Translations under genes and position numbers: made by a program | Shown: positions 8,884-17,186 of the stretch, one piece after another | Numbering within the stretch: position 1 is the first letter of the stretch | Layout: every line of letters begins with the position of its first letter | The notes under the pieces: model-generated | The model's database searches: none | Told to the model about the DNA's origin: nothing | What the model saw: the letters and a program-made list of their open reading frames with translations, nothing else | Virus genome (UHGV): UHGV-0098635 | Direction: 5' to 3' (one strand) | Origin: a virus | DNA length: 39,409 nucleotides

Positions 8884-9068
8884 AAAACCGTAAAGCAAAG
8901 ATTCTGTTAGTTCGTAGAAACGCTCCTGGCGTCTGGCAGTGGGTGAGACTCAGCAACCGACGGATGGGGTTGATGAAATATTACGGGATGATGGATTGTG
9001 GTTTTTGCAAAAAGCCCAGCGCGGCGCAAAACCGCTGGAAAAACCACTTGCGCACTAAAGGAGAGTGA
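8880..9068 (+). CDS. small basic protein with Cys pair
   Basis: 62-aa ORF starting MKNRKAKILLVRR. Confidence 0.45.
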   Translation: MKNRKAKILLVRRNAPGVWQWVRLSNRRMGLMKYYGMMDCGFCKKPSAAQNRWKNHLRTKGE

Positions 9069-9069
9069 T

Positions 9070-9333
9070 ATGGCAACTTTGACAAAAAAAGAACAAGCAT
9101 GGTTGAGCGAATTACAGGACGTTCTTGATCGCTGTCCATCACCGAAAAAAATTGGTTTTTACACCATTGGCGATAAAAGCATTTACCTGTATGACCTGCG
9201 CCGCATGGATGAAATCATGGAGGCTCTTGATAATCGTTCGTCGATGGATTGGTGTGTTGCTGTTCATGATATGAATGCAGGGTTTGATGAAAAGATTTTG
9301 TTCCCCTCATCAGTTGAAAGCACTGCGGGTTAA
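9070..9333 (+). CDS. hypothetical phage protein
   Basis: ATG at 9070 with GGAG RBS, directly after the upstream stop. Confidence 0.5.
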   Translation: MATLTKKEQAWLSELQDVLDRCPSPKKIGFYTIGDKSIYLYDLRRMDEIMEALDNRSSMDWCVAVHDMNAGFDEKILFPSSVESTAG

Positions 9334-9343
9334 GGAGTAACAC

Positions 9344-9940
9344 ATGACCACTATAACCGATAAGAAACAGTATCCAGGCGAGCAATATCTTAATGAGCTG
9401 ATCACCAACATAGAGTTTGCTGCAAGGGCACCAGTTGAAGTCGTGAGAGCAATGGCAGCAGAGCTACAGAAGCGGCGCGAAGCTGATAGTGCCGAACCTG
9501 CAAGTAATCATGAAGAGTTGCCGCTTGATTATCTCCAAGGTCAAAAAGATGGTCTTGAATGGGCTGCGCAGCTTGCAGAAGCAAATCACCCACAAACTGG
9601 CGACTGGCTTTACGATGACCCTGTTGAGCTTGCAAAGGCTATTCGCAAAGGTCCGGATATGCCCGAGGCCGCTGGCAACTCTCCGGTAACTCCGGATGGT
9701 TGGATAAGCTGTAGTGAGCGAATGCCAGAAATGGGAGAGCGACAATGCTATGTGTTAGCAGCTGACTTTAAAAACAACTACCCGCCAAACATCCCCAACA
9801 CTCAGGTCGGCGTATATGGCGACTGGTTTAATGATGGCAATCCCACTTGGGATGACGGTGATGGCGAAGACCTGTATCTCAAAGAGGTAACCCACTGGAT
9901 GCCGCTACCAGAACCGCCGAAGGAGGTTAACCGTGGCTAA
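9344..9940 (+). CDS. DUF551-domain phage protein
   Basis: The C-terminal segment DGWISCSERMPE...THWMPLPEPP is the DUF551-type signature (recalled). Confidence 0.6.
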   Translation: MTTITDKKQYPGEQYLNELITNIEFAARAPVEVVRAMAAELQKRREADSAEPASNHEELPLDYLQGQKDGLEWAAQLAEANHPQTGDWLYDDPVELAKAIRKGPDMPEAAGNSPVTPDGWISCSERMPEMGERQCYVLAADFKNNYPPNIPNTQVGVYGDWFNDGNPTWDDGDGEDLYLKEVTHWMPLPEPPKEVNRG

Positions 9941-9970
9941 CATGCAACTTATCCTTAAAGGTGAAAAGAT

Positions 9971-10192
9971 TTGAGGATTCGCATCATTAATAACACCGAC
10001 AAGCATCCGGAAGATTATTTGGATTGCTCGTTAGCAGAGTGCGGTATTTCCGTATGGGATGAGTTCGATGTGATGCGTAAAACCGCTTACGGCTATGTCG
10101 TAATTCATAACGGAGACGAATTATTTGTTCGTCGGTCAGAATGCGTGGAATTGATAGAAGAGAATCTCCGCACATCGGCAACACACAGCTAA
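9971..10192 (+). CDS. hypothetical phage protein
   Basis: 73-aa ORF with an apparent TTG start preceded by AGGTGA. Confidence 0.4.
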   Translation: MRIRIINNTDKHPEDYLDCSLAECGISVWDEFDVMRKTAYGYVVIHNGDELFVRRSECVELIEENLRTSATHS

Positions 10193-10219
10193 GTATGTTC
10201 GCGATAAAGGTAAATATTG

Positions 10220-10558
10220 ATGGCTAAATCAGCAGCAGAGCGCAAAGCCGCTCAGAGAGCCAGACAAGCTGCATCTGGTGTGCGTAAGCTGGAGATTGTG
10301 CTTGATGCTCAGGAAATTGAAATGCTGGAGCGTAACTGTGCCACGCGTCGCCCCGGGCGTGCGCCTTACGAATTTGGTGAGTATATAGCGTTACTGATCC
10401 GCCAGGATGATGCACGCGTGCGCGGGCGTATAAAATCGATCAGCAGAAAACGTTGCGGTAAGTGCGGCGAGAGAGTTCCTGTGAATTCATGCCCGTGCAA
10501 TGGTGACTCGCAATGCTGGGTGACTAAAGGCTGGCATGAAACGAAATTAATAGTGTGA
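10220..10558 (+). CDS. zinc-finger protein at the end of the early region; candidate late-gene regulator
   Basis: 112-aa ORF with a basic N-terminus and a CGKCGERVPVNSCPCNGDSQC cluster; it is the last gene before a terminator and terminase. Confidence 0.45.
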   Translation: MAKSAAERKAAQRARQAASGVRKLEIVLDAQEIEMLERNCATRRPGRAPYEFGEYIALLIRQDDARVRGRIKSISRKRCGKCGERVPVNSCPCNGDSQCWVTKGWHETKLIV

Positions 10559-10566
10559 CATGTCAC
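10555..10566. repeat. perfect 12-bp palindrome GTGACATGTCAC, copy 1
   Basis: Overlaps the stop codon of the 10220 ORF; an identical copy lies at 30674-30685. Confidence 0.7.
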
Positions 10567-10607
10567 GAGTAGATTATGCATGATGAATTTGATGGGTTTT
10601 GAATACT

Positions 10608-10634
10608 GCCGCCAACTATGGCGGCTTTATTTTG
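10608..10634 (+). terminator. rho-independent terminator upstream of terminase (tR'-like position)
   Basis: Stem GCCGCC / GGCGGC, loop AACTAT, followed by TTTATTTTG. Confidence 0.5.
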
Positions 10635-10676
10635 CATGGTACTATTACCACAACGGTAACTATTACCACGGTGGTT

Positions 10677-11273
10677 ATGATGCCTGCTGAACCTAAAACC
10701 TATAAACGCAAATCAACGCAATTTAAGCCACTAACAGCAATGCAGGAGGCTTATTGCCAGTCATACATCAAAACGCCTGAAAACCAGACTCAGGCAGCGA
10801 TTAACGCAGGATTCTCCCCAAATACAGCGGCAGTTAAAGCCAGTGTCATGATGCGCGATGAACGCATTCAAAAACGGATTGCCGAGTTGATGGAGGAGCG
10901 CAACAAACGAATGCGCGTCAGTGCTGATTACGTTCTCATGCGCCTGGTGGAGATCGACCAGATGGACGTGATCGATATCCTCAACGACGATGGGAGCCTT
11001 AAACCAATCCGTGAGTGGCCGAAAATCTGGCGCACTACGCTTAGTGGCTTTGATCTGTCATCGACCATCATGAACATGAACGAGGATTCGATAGAGACAA
11101 TCCTCAAAAAAATTAAATGGCCTGACAAGGTGAAGAACCTTGAGCTGATTGGTAAGCATGTTGATGTCAACGCGTTCAAAGAACGTCTGGATGTTAATGT
11201 GAATGTGACAATTGCTGATCGCATAGCAGCAGCCAGGAAGCGACTCAAAGAACGTCAGGATGGTAATCAGTGA
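10677..11273 (+). CDS. terminase small subunit
   Basis: Start ATG at 10677 or 10680; positioned directly upstream of the large subunit with a 4-nt overlap. Confidence 0.65.
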   Translation: MMPAEPKTYKRKSTQFKPLTAMQEAYCQSYIKTPENQTQAAINAGFSPNTAAVKASVMMRDERIQKRIAELMEERNKRMRVSADYVLMRLVEIDQMDVIDILNDDGSLKPIREWPKIWRTTLSGFDLSSTIMNMNEDSIETILKKIKWPDKVKNLELIGKHVDVNAFKERLDVNVNVTIADRIAAARKRLKERQDGNQ

Positions 11274-12745
11274 CAGATACCGTGTTATCTCCTGAAGAGC
11301 AGTTAATCGAGGATATTGCAGGGTTCACTCACGATCCGCTTGGTTATGCCCTCTATGCGTTCCCTTGGGGGGAAGAGGGGACTGAACTGGCACATGCTAC
11401 CGGCCCACGTCAGTGGCAGGCCGATGCGTTCCGAGAGATACGTGATCACCTGCAGAATCCAGAGACGCGCTATCAGCCGCTTATGCTGGCACGCGCTTCT
11501 GGTCACGGTATTGGTAAATCCGCATTCATCTCAATGCTGATCAACTGGGGCATGTCCACTTGCGAGGATTGTAAGGTCGTGGTGACCGCCAACACCGACA
11601 ACCAGCTACGAACGAAGACCTGGCCGGAAATTATCAAGTGGTCGAACCTTGCTATCACGAAAGACTGGTTTACCTGTACCGCTACCGCGATGTACAGCAA
11701 TGATCCTGGGCACGACAAGCGGTGGCGAGCTGACGCAATCCCCTGGTCTGAGCACAACACTGAGGCATTCGCCGGACTACACAACGAGCGCAAACGCATC
11801 ATCGTGGTATTCGATGAAGCGTCGAACATTGCGGATCTGGTGTGGGAAGTTGCTGAGGGTGCGCTTACGGACGAAGACACTGAGATTATCTGGGTGGCGT
11901 TCGGAAACCCTACACGTAACACCGGGCGTTTCCGCGAATGTTTCCGCAAATATAAACACCGCTGGAAAACTGCGCAGATTGACAGCCGGACGGTGGAAGG
12001 CACTAACAAACAGCAGTTGCAGAAATGGGTTGATGACTACGGGGAAGACAGCGACTTCGTTAAAATCCGTGTGCGCGGCATATTCCCTGATGCATCTGAA
12101 TTGCAGTTTATCCCTACCGGTCTTACTGATGAGGCAATGAAACGGGTGGTAACCGCTGCGCAGGTGGCGCATGCTCCGGTGATAATCGGTGTTGACCCGG
12201 CATATTCAGGCGTTGATGACGCGGTGATATACCTGCGGCAGGGGCTACACAGTAAGATGCTGTGGACTGGCAACAAGACCACTGACGATCTGATTATGGC
12301 GAAGCGTATCGCTGACTTTGAAGACCAGTATCAGGCTGACGCGGTGTTCATCGACTTCGGTTACGGAACCGGTTTGAAGTCAATCGGTGATGGCTGGGGG
12401 CGTACTTGGCAACTTGTTCCGTTCGGCGGCGCGTCTACTGACCCGCAGATGCTCAATAAGCGCGGGGAGATGTTCAACTCATGCAAGACATGGCTGAGGC
12501 TGGGCGGCATGCTGGATGACCAGGAAACAGCAGACGACCTGTCGGCGGCAGAGTACAAAGTTCGAGTGGACGGTAAAATCGTTATCGAACCGAAGGAAGA
12601 TATCAAGGAGCGGCTTGGGCGTTCACCGGGTAAAGGCGATGCGCTACTGCTGACGTTTGCGTTCCCTGTGTCGAAGCGTCTGCGAATTCCCGGGCAGCAG
12701 AACCAGCAAGGCAAGGCCATTACAGATTACGATCCCTATGCTTAG
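11270..12745 (+). CDS. terminase large subunit
   Basis: 491-aa ORF with an ATPase-like N-terminus and nuclease-like C-terminus, in the canonical position before the portal. Confidence 0.85.
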   Translation: MTDTVLSPEEQLIEDIAGFTHDPLGYALYAFPWGEEGTELAHATGPRQWQADAFREIRDHLQNPETRYQPLMLARASGHGIGKSAFISMLINWGMSTCEDCKVVVTANTDNQLRTKTWPEIIKWSNLAITKDWFTCTATAMYSNDPGHDKRWRADAIPWSEHNTEAFAGLHNERKRIIVVFDEASNIADLVWEVAEGALTDEDTEIIWVAFGNPTRNTGRFRECFRKYKHRWKTAQIDSRTVEGTNKQQLQKWVDDYGEDSDFVKIRVRGIFPDASELQFIPTGLTDEAMKRVVTAAQVAHAPVIIGVDPAYSGVDDAVIYLRQGLHSKMLWTGNKTTDDLIMAKRIADFEDQYQADAVFIDFGYGTGLKSIGDGWGRTWQLVPFGGASTDPQMLNKRGEMFNSCKTWLRLGGMLDDQETADDLSAAEYKVRVDGKIVIEPKEDIKERLGRSPGKGDALLLTFAFPVSKRLRIPGQQNQQGKAITDYDPYA

Positions 12746-13560
12746 TCTTTATTTTTATCCTCGAAACCTGATAATCCAGATAGAACACCAAAGTTATTAA
12801 AAACGTCTGGCTTACCAGATTTTAATCCGGATAAGTTGTGTTGCTCCAAAAAGTTGCTAATTGTTTGGCCGTTGCCAAGTGCAAGACTTTTTATTTGAGA
12901 TTTTTCAGGGTATTTGAGTTTGTATTCGTCGAAATCATTTTGGAGGGTCTTATATGCCTCATTCATTCTTCCCAGAGTTTCCGATATCTCTTTTAATGAA
13001 TGATTTAGAGCTGCTAACTGAGCACTGGCGGATCTCAATTCGTCATCTTTAGCTTTCAACTCGGCAGTCAATTCCCCCATACTATTCTTTGATCGAATAA
13101 TCTCTTCTTTCATCTCTTGGATGTCTTTTTCCGCGCCAGTCTTAACTTTGTCGTATGTAACATCTTTTTTAGCCAATAACCTCTGCAGTCTGGTTTCACG
13201 CTGGATTTTTCTTGCCTTCAGGTGATTTTCGATTGAGTCATTATTATCAAGAGGCTTTGCTTGCCATACGTTAATGATATTGTTTACCCATGGTAATAGG
13301 CAGCAGATAGCAATTACAGATAAGCATGGATAAAACATAACAGTTTTCCATGTGCTGTTATCTGAGATATATGAAATTTTATCTATTATGTTTGATTTGC
13401 TAAAAAATAGATAAAGAATTGATTTCCAGTTGAAGGCGCACCAGGACATAACAAAAGCACCAAGCACAGGGTTTTTGGCTCGATTCACGGCAGTATTGGC
13501 AGTAGATAAAAACAGCTCTTTGAAGGATTCAAACATGCTAATTACCTTGAAGTTTTTCAT
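12742..13560 (-). CDS. accessory membrane plus coiled-coil protein of unknown function
   Basis: AT-rich and opposite in strand to the flanking late genes. Start taken at 13560 (MKNFKV). Two hydrophobic segments and a long charged helical region. Uses AGA/AGG Arg codons. Confidence 0.6.
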   Translation of the reverse strand: MKNFKVISMFESFKELFLSTANTAVNRAKNPVLGAFVMSWCAFNWKSILYLFFSKSNIIDKISYISDNSTWKTVMFYPCLSVIAICCLLPWVNNIINVWQAKPLDNNDSIENHLKARKIQRETRLQRLLAKKDVTYDKVKTGAEKDIQEMKEEIIRSKNSMGELTAELKAKDDELRSASAQLAALNHSLKEISETLGRMNEAYKTLQNDFDEYKLKYPEKSQIKSLALGNGQTISNFLEQHNLSGLKSGKPDVFNNFGVLSGLSGFEDKNKD

Positions 13561-13564
13561 GATT

Positions 13565-13579
13565 ATACCTTTAAGGTAA
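13565..13579 (-). promoter_or_regulatory. operator-like palindrome abutting the accessory gene start
   Basis: Minus-strand TTACCTTAAAGGTAT followed by AATC and the ATG. Confidence 0.5.
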
Positions 13580-13595
13580 TTTGCGGTCATCAAGC

Positions 13596-13619
13596 AAAAA
13601 AATGCCCGGCGAACCGGGC
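13596..13619 (-). terminator. rho-independent terminator (second of two after the tRNA)
   Basis: Stem GCCCGG / CCGGGC, loop CGAA, followed on the minus strand by a T-run. Confidence 0.5.
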
Positions 13620-13696
13620 GAACTGGAAGCAATGAGTTATGCCTTCCGTGGCTGTACTGGTTTACAGCATGAAGTCATCGCAATGGCGTCCTGCTG

Positions 13697-13739
13697 TAAA
13701 AAGGGCGGTGATAGTCCTTCAAGGGAAACCATCACCGCC
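13697..13739 (-). terminator. rho-independent terminator after the tRNA
   Basis: 9-bp stem GGCGGTGAT / ATCACCGCC, followed on the minus strand by CTTTTT. Confidence 0.55.
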
Positions 13740-13782
13740 AAGCCCCTGGAACTTCTGGCATCACGGTCCTTAGGCGTGATTC

Positions 13783-13859
13783 TGGCGTGGCATGCAGGAT
13801 TCGAACCTGCGACCAACCGCTTAGAAGGCGGTTGCTCTGTCCAACTGAGCTAATGCCAC
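13783..13859 (-). tRNA. tRNA-Arg, anticodon UCU (reads AGA)
   Basis: Hand-folded 77-nt cloverleaf: 7-bp acceptor stem GTGGCAT/ATGCCAC, D-arm GCTC..GAGC, anticodon loop CTTCTAA, T-arm GCAGG-TTCGAAT-CCTGC, discriminator G, encoded CCA. Confidence 0.85.
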
Positions 13860-14181
13860 AACGCTGAGAGCACTTAGCCTGTTAAGGCACCACACTTTGT
13901 CGCGGCTCCATAAATGCTCTCATCGTTGTACCCTCGTCTCTTCCGAGGCGTCACACCGAATCGCCGGGATGGTGAATCCCCGTGCGCGGAATAAAACCGC
14001 TCGACTTGCACATTCCGGCTACCTGGTTCGTTTGCCCGAGCAAGGGAGGGTGCCCCTTAAACGTATCCAGACCGCTATCGTCGCATGTGCCATACGCCGT
14101 ACTGCTCAAAATAAAAGCTCACTCCACCTGTTCAATTTAACGACAAGCCAGTCAGGTTAGTAACCGGAATGAACTCTTTAG

Positions 14182-14258
14182 TTACCTGAAAGGTAATAAT
14201 TCGCGCGTTAAATGTCAACTGTCTACGATAAATAAATCATATGTGGTTAAATTGGTAA
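14182..14258 (+). promoter_or_regulatory. composite regulatory module upstream of the portal operon
   Basis: TTACCTGAAAGGTAA (14182-14196), CATATGTGGTT (14237-14247), GGTAAT half-site (14253-14258). Confidence 0.5.
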
Positions 14259-14286
14259 TGATTTAATTGCGTACGGAGTCATTGAT

Positions 14287-14493
14287 ATGTGCATGGGTAG
14301 CTCACCATCAGTGCCTGCAACACCAGAAGTTCAGGCAGCACCACAGGAGCAGGATGCCGCCGTTGTTGATGCCCGCGACGAAGAAACTCGTCGCCGTCGC
14401 GCTGCTGCTGGTCGTAGTTCTACGCTGCTTACCGGTTCTCAGGGCGACACATCAACCGCTAATACCAGCGGTAAAACGCTGCTTGGTCAGTAA
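14287..14493 (+). CDS. small hypothetical protein upstream of the portal
   Basis: 68-aa ORF, Ala/Ser/Thr/Gln-rich; its initiation region GGAGTCATTGATATG is nearly duplicated at the portal start. Confidence 0.4.
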   Translation: MCMGSSPSVPATPEVQAAPQEQDAAVVDARDEETRRRRAAAGRSSTLLTGSQGDTSTANTSGKTLLGQ

Positions 14494-14507
14494 CCGGAGT
14501 CATTGAA

Positions 14508-16187
14508 ATGGCGGAAACAACTAAAGAGCGATTGAACAAACAGTTCGCACAACTTGAAAGCGAGCGTCAGTCGTTCGAGCCGCACTGGCGCGAGTTGAGT
14601 GATTACATCAACCCGCGTGGTTCCCGCTTTCTGACTTCTGAGGTCAACCGTAACGATCGACGCAATACACGCATTATTGATTCGACCGGGACTATGGCGG
14701 CGCGCACTCTCGCCAGCGGCATGATGTCAGGCATCACAAGCCCCGCGCGTCCGTGGTTTCGCTTGGCTACGCCAGATCCTGAAATGATGGATTATGGCCC
14801 TGTTAAGTTGTGGCTTGAGGCGGTGCAGAACCGCATGAACGATATGTTCAATAAGTCGAATCTCTATCAGTCGCTGCCGCAGTTATACGGAAGCCTCGGC
14901 ACATACAGCACTGGTGCAATGGCAGTGCTGGAGGATGACGAGGACATCATTCGCACAATGCCATTCCCGATAGGCAGTTACTACCTGGCTAACTCACCTC
15001 GTGGCAGTGTGGACACCTGTTTTCGCAAGTTCTCTATGACTGTTCGTCAGCTTGTTCAGGAGTTCGGGCTAAATAACGTCAGCGAATCCGTAAAAAGCAT
15101 GTGGGAAAGCGGCACCTACGAGAAGTGGATTGAAGTGATGCATTCGGTTTACCCGAACATTGACCGCGATACATCGAAGCTGGATAGCAAGAACAAGCCA
15201 TTCAAATCGGTTTATTACGAGGTTGGTGGCGATAACGACAAGTTGTTGCGTGAGTCCGGATTCGATGAGTTTCCAATTATGGCTCCGCGCTGGGAAGTTA
15301 ACGGCGAAGATGTTTATGGATCATCATGCCCGGGTATGCTGGCGCTTGGACCTGTTAAGGCATTGCAGCTTCTCCAGAAGCGCAAGTCGCAGTTGATTGA
15401 TAAAGCCACCAATCCGCCGATGGTTGCTCCGACTTCCCTCAAGAATCAGCGCGCCTCCCTTCTTCCTGGCGACATCACGTATATCGATCAGATTACTGGT
15501 CAGGATGGCTTCAGGCCTGCTTATCTGGTTAACCCCAGTACAGCAGATTTGGTGGCAGACATTCAGGACACTCGTCAAATCATTAACAGCGCCTACTTTG
15601 TCGATCTGTTCATGATGTTGCAGAACATCAATACCCGCTCGATGCCTGTTGAAGCGGTGATCGAAATGAAAGAAGAAAAACTTCTGATGTTGGGGCCGGT
15701 TCTGGAGCGTCTGAACGACGAATGTCTTAATCCTCTCATTGACCGCGCTTTCTCGATGATGGTGCGTAAAAACACGCTGCCGCCACCGCCTGACGCGATG
15801 GAAGGCATGCCCCTGAAGGTCGAATACATTTCCGTCATGGCTCAGGCGCAGAAGTCTATCGGCCTGTCCAGTCTGGCGTCCACGGTTAACTTCATTGGTC
15901 AACTTGCGCAAGCGAAACCAGAAGCTCTCGACAAACTCAACGTTGATCAGGCGATCGATGCATTCGCTGATATGTCCGGAGTGTCTCCAACCGTCATTGT
16001 TCCGCAGGAACAGGTTGAGCATGCTCGCCAGCAACGGGCACAGCAGCAACAGCAGCAACAAATGATGGCGATGGGGATGGCGGCGGCACAGGGTGCCAAG
16101 ACGCTAAGCGAAGCTAAAACTTCGGATCCGAGTGTTTTGTCAGCTATGGCGAATGCAGTTAGTGGTCAGGGTGGGCAATCACAATGA
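14508..16187 (+). CDS. portal protein, T7 gp8-like head-to-tail connector
   Basis: 559-aa ORF after terminase; the C-terminal Gln/Ala/Met-rich tail (QQQQQQQMMAMGMAAAQGA) resembles the T7 gp8 C-terminus (recalled). Confidence 0.8.
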   Translation: MAETTKERLNKQFAQLESERQSFEPHWRELSDYINPRGSRFLTSEVNRNDRRNTRIIDSTGTMAARTLASGMMSGITSPARPWFRLATPDPEMMDYGPVKLWLEAVQNRMNDMFNKSNLYQSLPQLYGSLGTYSTGAMAVLEDDEDIIRTMPFPIGSYYLANSPRGSVDTCFRKFSMTVRQLVQEFGLNNVSESVKSMWESGTYEKWIEVMHSVYPNIDRDTSKLDSKNKPFKSVYYEVGGDNDKLLRESGFDEFPIMAPRWEVNGEDVYGSSCPGMLALGPVKALQLLQKRKSQLIDKATNPPMVAPTSLKNQRASLLPGDITYIDQITGQDGFRPAYLVNPSTADLVADIQDTRQIINSAYFVDLFMMLQNINTRSMPVEAVIEMKEEKLLMLGPVLERLNDECLNPLIDRAFSMMVRKNTLPPPPDAMEGMPLKVEYISVMAQAQKSIGLSSLASTVNFIGQLAQAKPEALDKLNVDQAIDAFADMSGVSPTVIVPQEQVEHARQQRAQQQQQQQMMAMGMAAAQGAKTLSEAKTSDPSVLSAMANAVSGQGGQSQ

Positions 16188-16480
16188 CAGATTACGAAGA
16201 CGATCAACTGAAAGAAGAAAACGCCCGTAAGCAACGTGACATGGCGCAGCGTGAAATTGATGACATTCGCTTTGTCATGAGCAGTGAACAGGGGCGTCGC
16301 GTTGTCTGGTCGGTGCTGGAGAAAGGCCGTGTGTTTTCCGCTATCTCACCGATGGACGCTATGGCAATGGCATTTAATGAGGGGCAACGCAATCTGGCGC
16401 TGGAACTGTTTCAGCGCGTTATGGCGCATTGCCCTGAACAGTATTTGAAGATGGCCAAAGAGGCCAGTGAACAGGAGTGA
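16184..16480 (+). CDS. hypothetical head-module protein
   Basis: 98-aa ORF coupled by overlap to the portal stop. Confidence 0.55.
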   Translation: MTDYEDDQLKEENARKQRDMAQREIDDIRFVMSSEQGRRVVWSVLEKGRVFSAISPMDAMAMAFNEGQRNLALELFQRVMAHCPEQYLKMAKEASEQE

Positions 16481-16482
16481 TC

Positions 16483-17178
16483 ATGAATTTGTTTGAGCGT
16501 TTGCTGTATAGCCGTCTTTGCAATGAGCAACCAGTCGATGGTGGAGCAGCTCCGGCTGCGTCAGAACCGTCAGCGCCTGCAGGTGATAACCCTGCTCCAG
16601 TTGGTGATCCATCACAACAGGAAGGTGATAAGCCACAACCTGTTGCTGATGTCGATAAACCTGCTGATGACAAAAAGCCTGAAAACGATAAGCAGGATGA
16701 AAAAAAGGACGGCGATAAACCAGAGGGTGCGCCTGAGAAGTACGAGTTTCAGGCTGCCGAAGGCGTAGAGCTGGATACAGAAGCGTTGAAGGAATTCGAG
16801 CCGGTGGCGCGAGAACTTAACCTGACCAACGAGCAAGCGCAAAAGCTGGTTGATGCTTATCCGAAGATTCTGGCAGGTGTTCAGCAGCGCCAGGCAGAAG
16901 CCTGGCAGAAAACAACCGAGCAGTGGGCTGCGGATGTAAAAGCTGACAAAGAAATCGGTGGCGACAAGTTGATTTCTAACCTTAGCGCCGCACAGCGTGC
17001 GCTTGACCAGTTCGGGACACCTGAACTCAAAGAATATCTGAACACCACCGGGCTGGGTAATCACCCTGATCTGGTCAAAACGTTCGTGAAAATCGGAAAG
17101 GCGATGTCTGAAGATGGCATGGTCACCGGTGGTAATGAAGGCCAGCGTAGTGCGGCCGAAGTGCTCTATGGCAAATAA
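16483..17178 (+). CDS. scaffolding protein (gp9-like position)
   Basis: Acidic, low-complexity, helical ORF between portal and capsid; ATG at 16483 with AGGAG RBS. Confidence 0.6.
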   Translation: MNLFERLLYSRLCNEQPVDGGAAPAASEPSAPAGDNPAPVGDPSQQEGDKPQPVADVDKPADDKKPENDKQDEKKDGDKPEGAPEKYEFQAAEGVELDTEALKEFEPVARELNLTNEQAQKLVDAYPKILAGVQQRQAEAWQKTTEQWAADVKADKEIGGDKLISNLSAAQRALDQFGTPELKEYLNTTGLGNHPDLVKTFVKIGKAMSEDGMVTGGNEGQRSAAEVLYGK

Positions 17179-17186
17179 GAGAGGAA

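Noticed and set aside
12742-13632. Longer 296-aa version of the accessory gene starting at 13632
   Set aside because: The extension runs through the terminator hairpin and the operator palindrome; the ATG at 13560 (MKNFKV) sits right after the operator and is the more plausible start.
13581-14160. Plus-strand ORFs 13581-13853 and 13897-14160
   Set aside because: They overlap the minus-strand tRNA-Arg and its terminators or lie in the GC-rich tRNA flank; no RBS and unusual composition.
15324-16061. 245-aa minus-strand ORF inside the portal gene
   Set aside because: Antisense to a strongly supported portal ORF; low-complexity and basic, typical of an antisense frame artefact.
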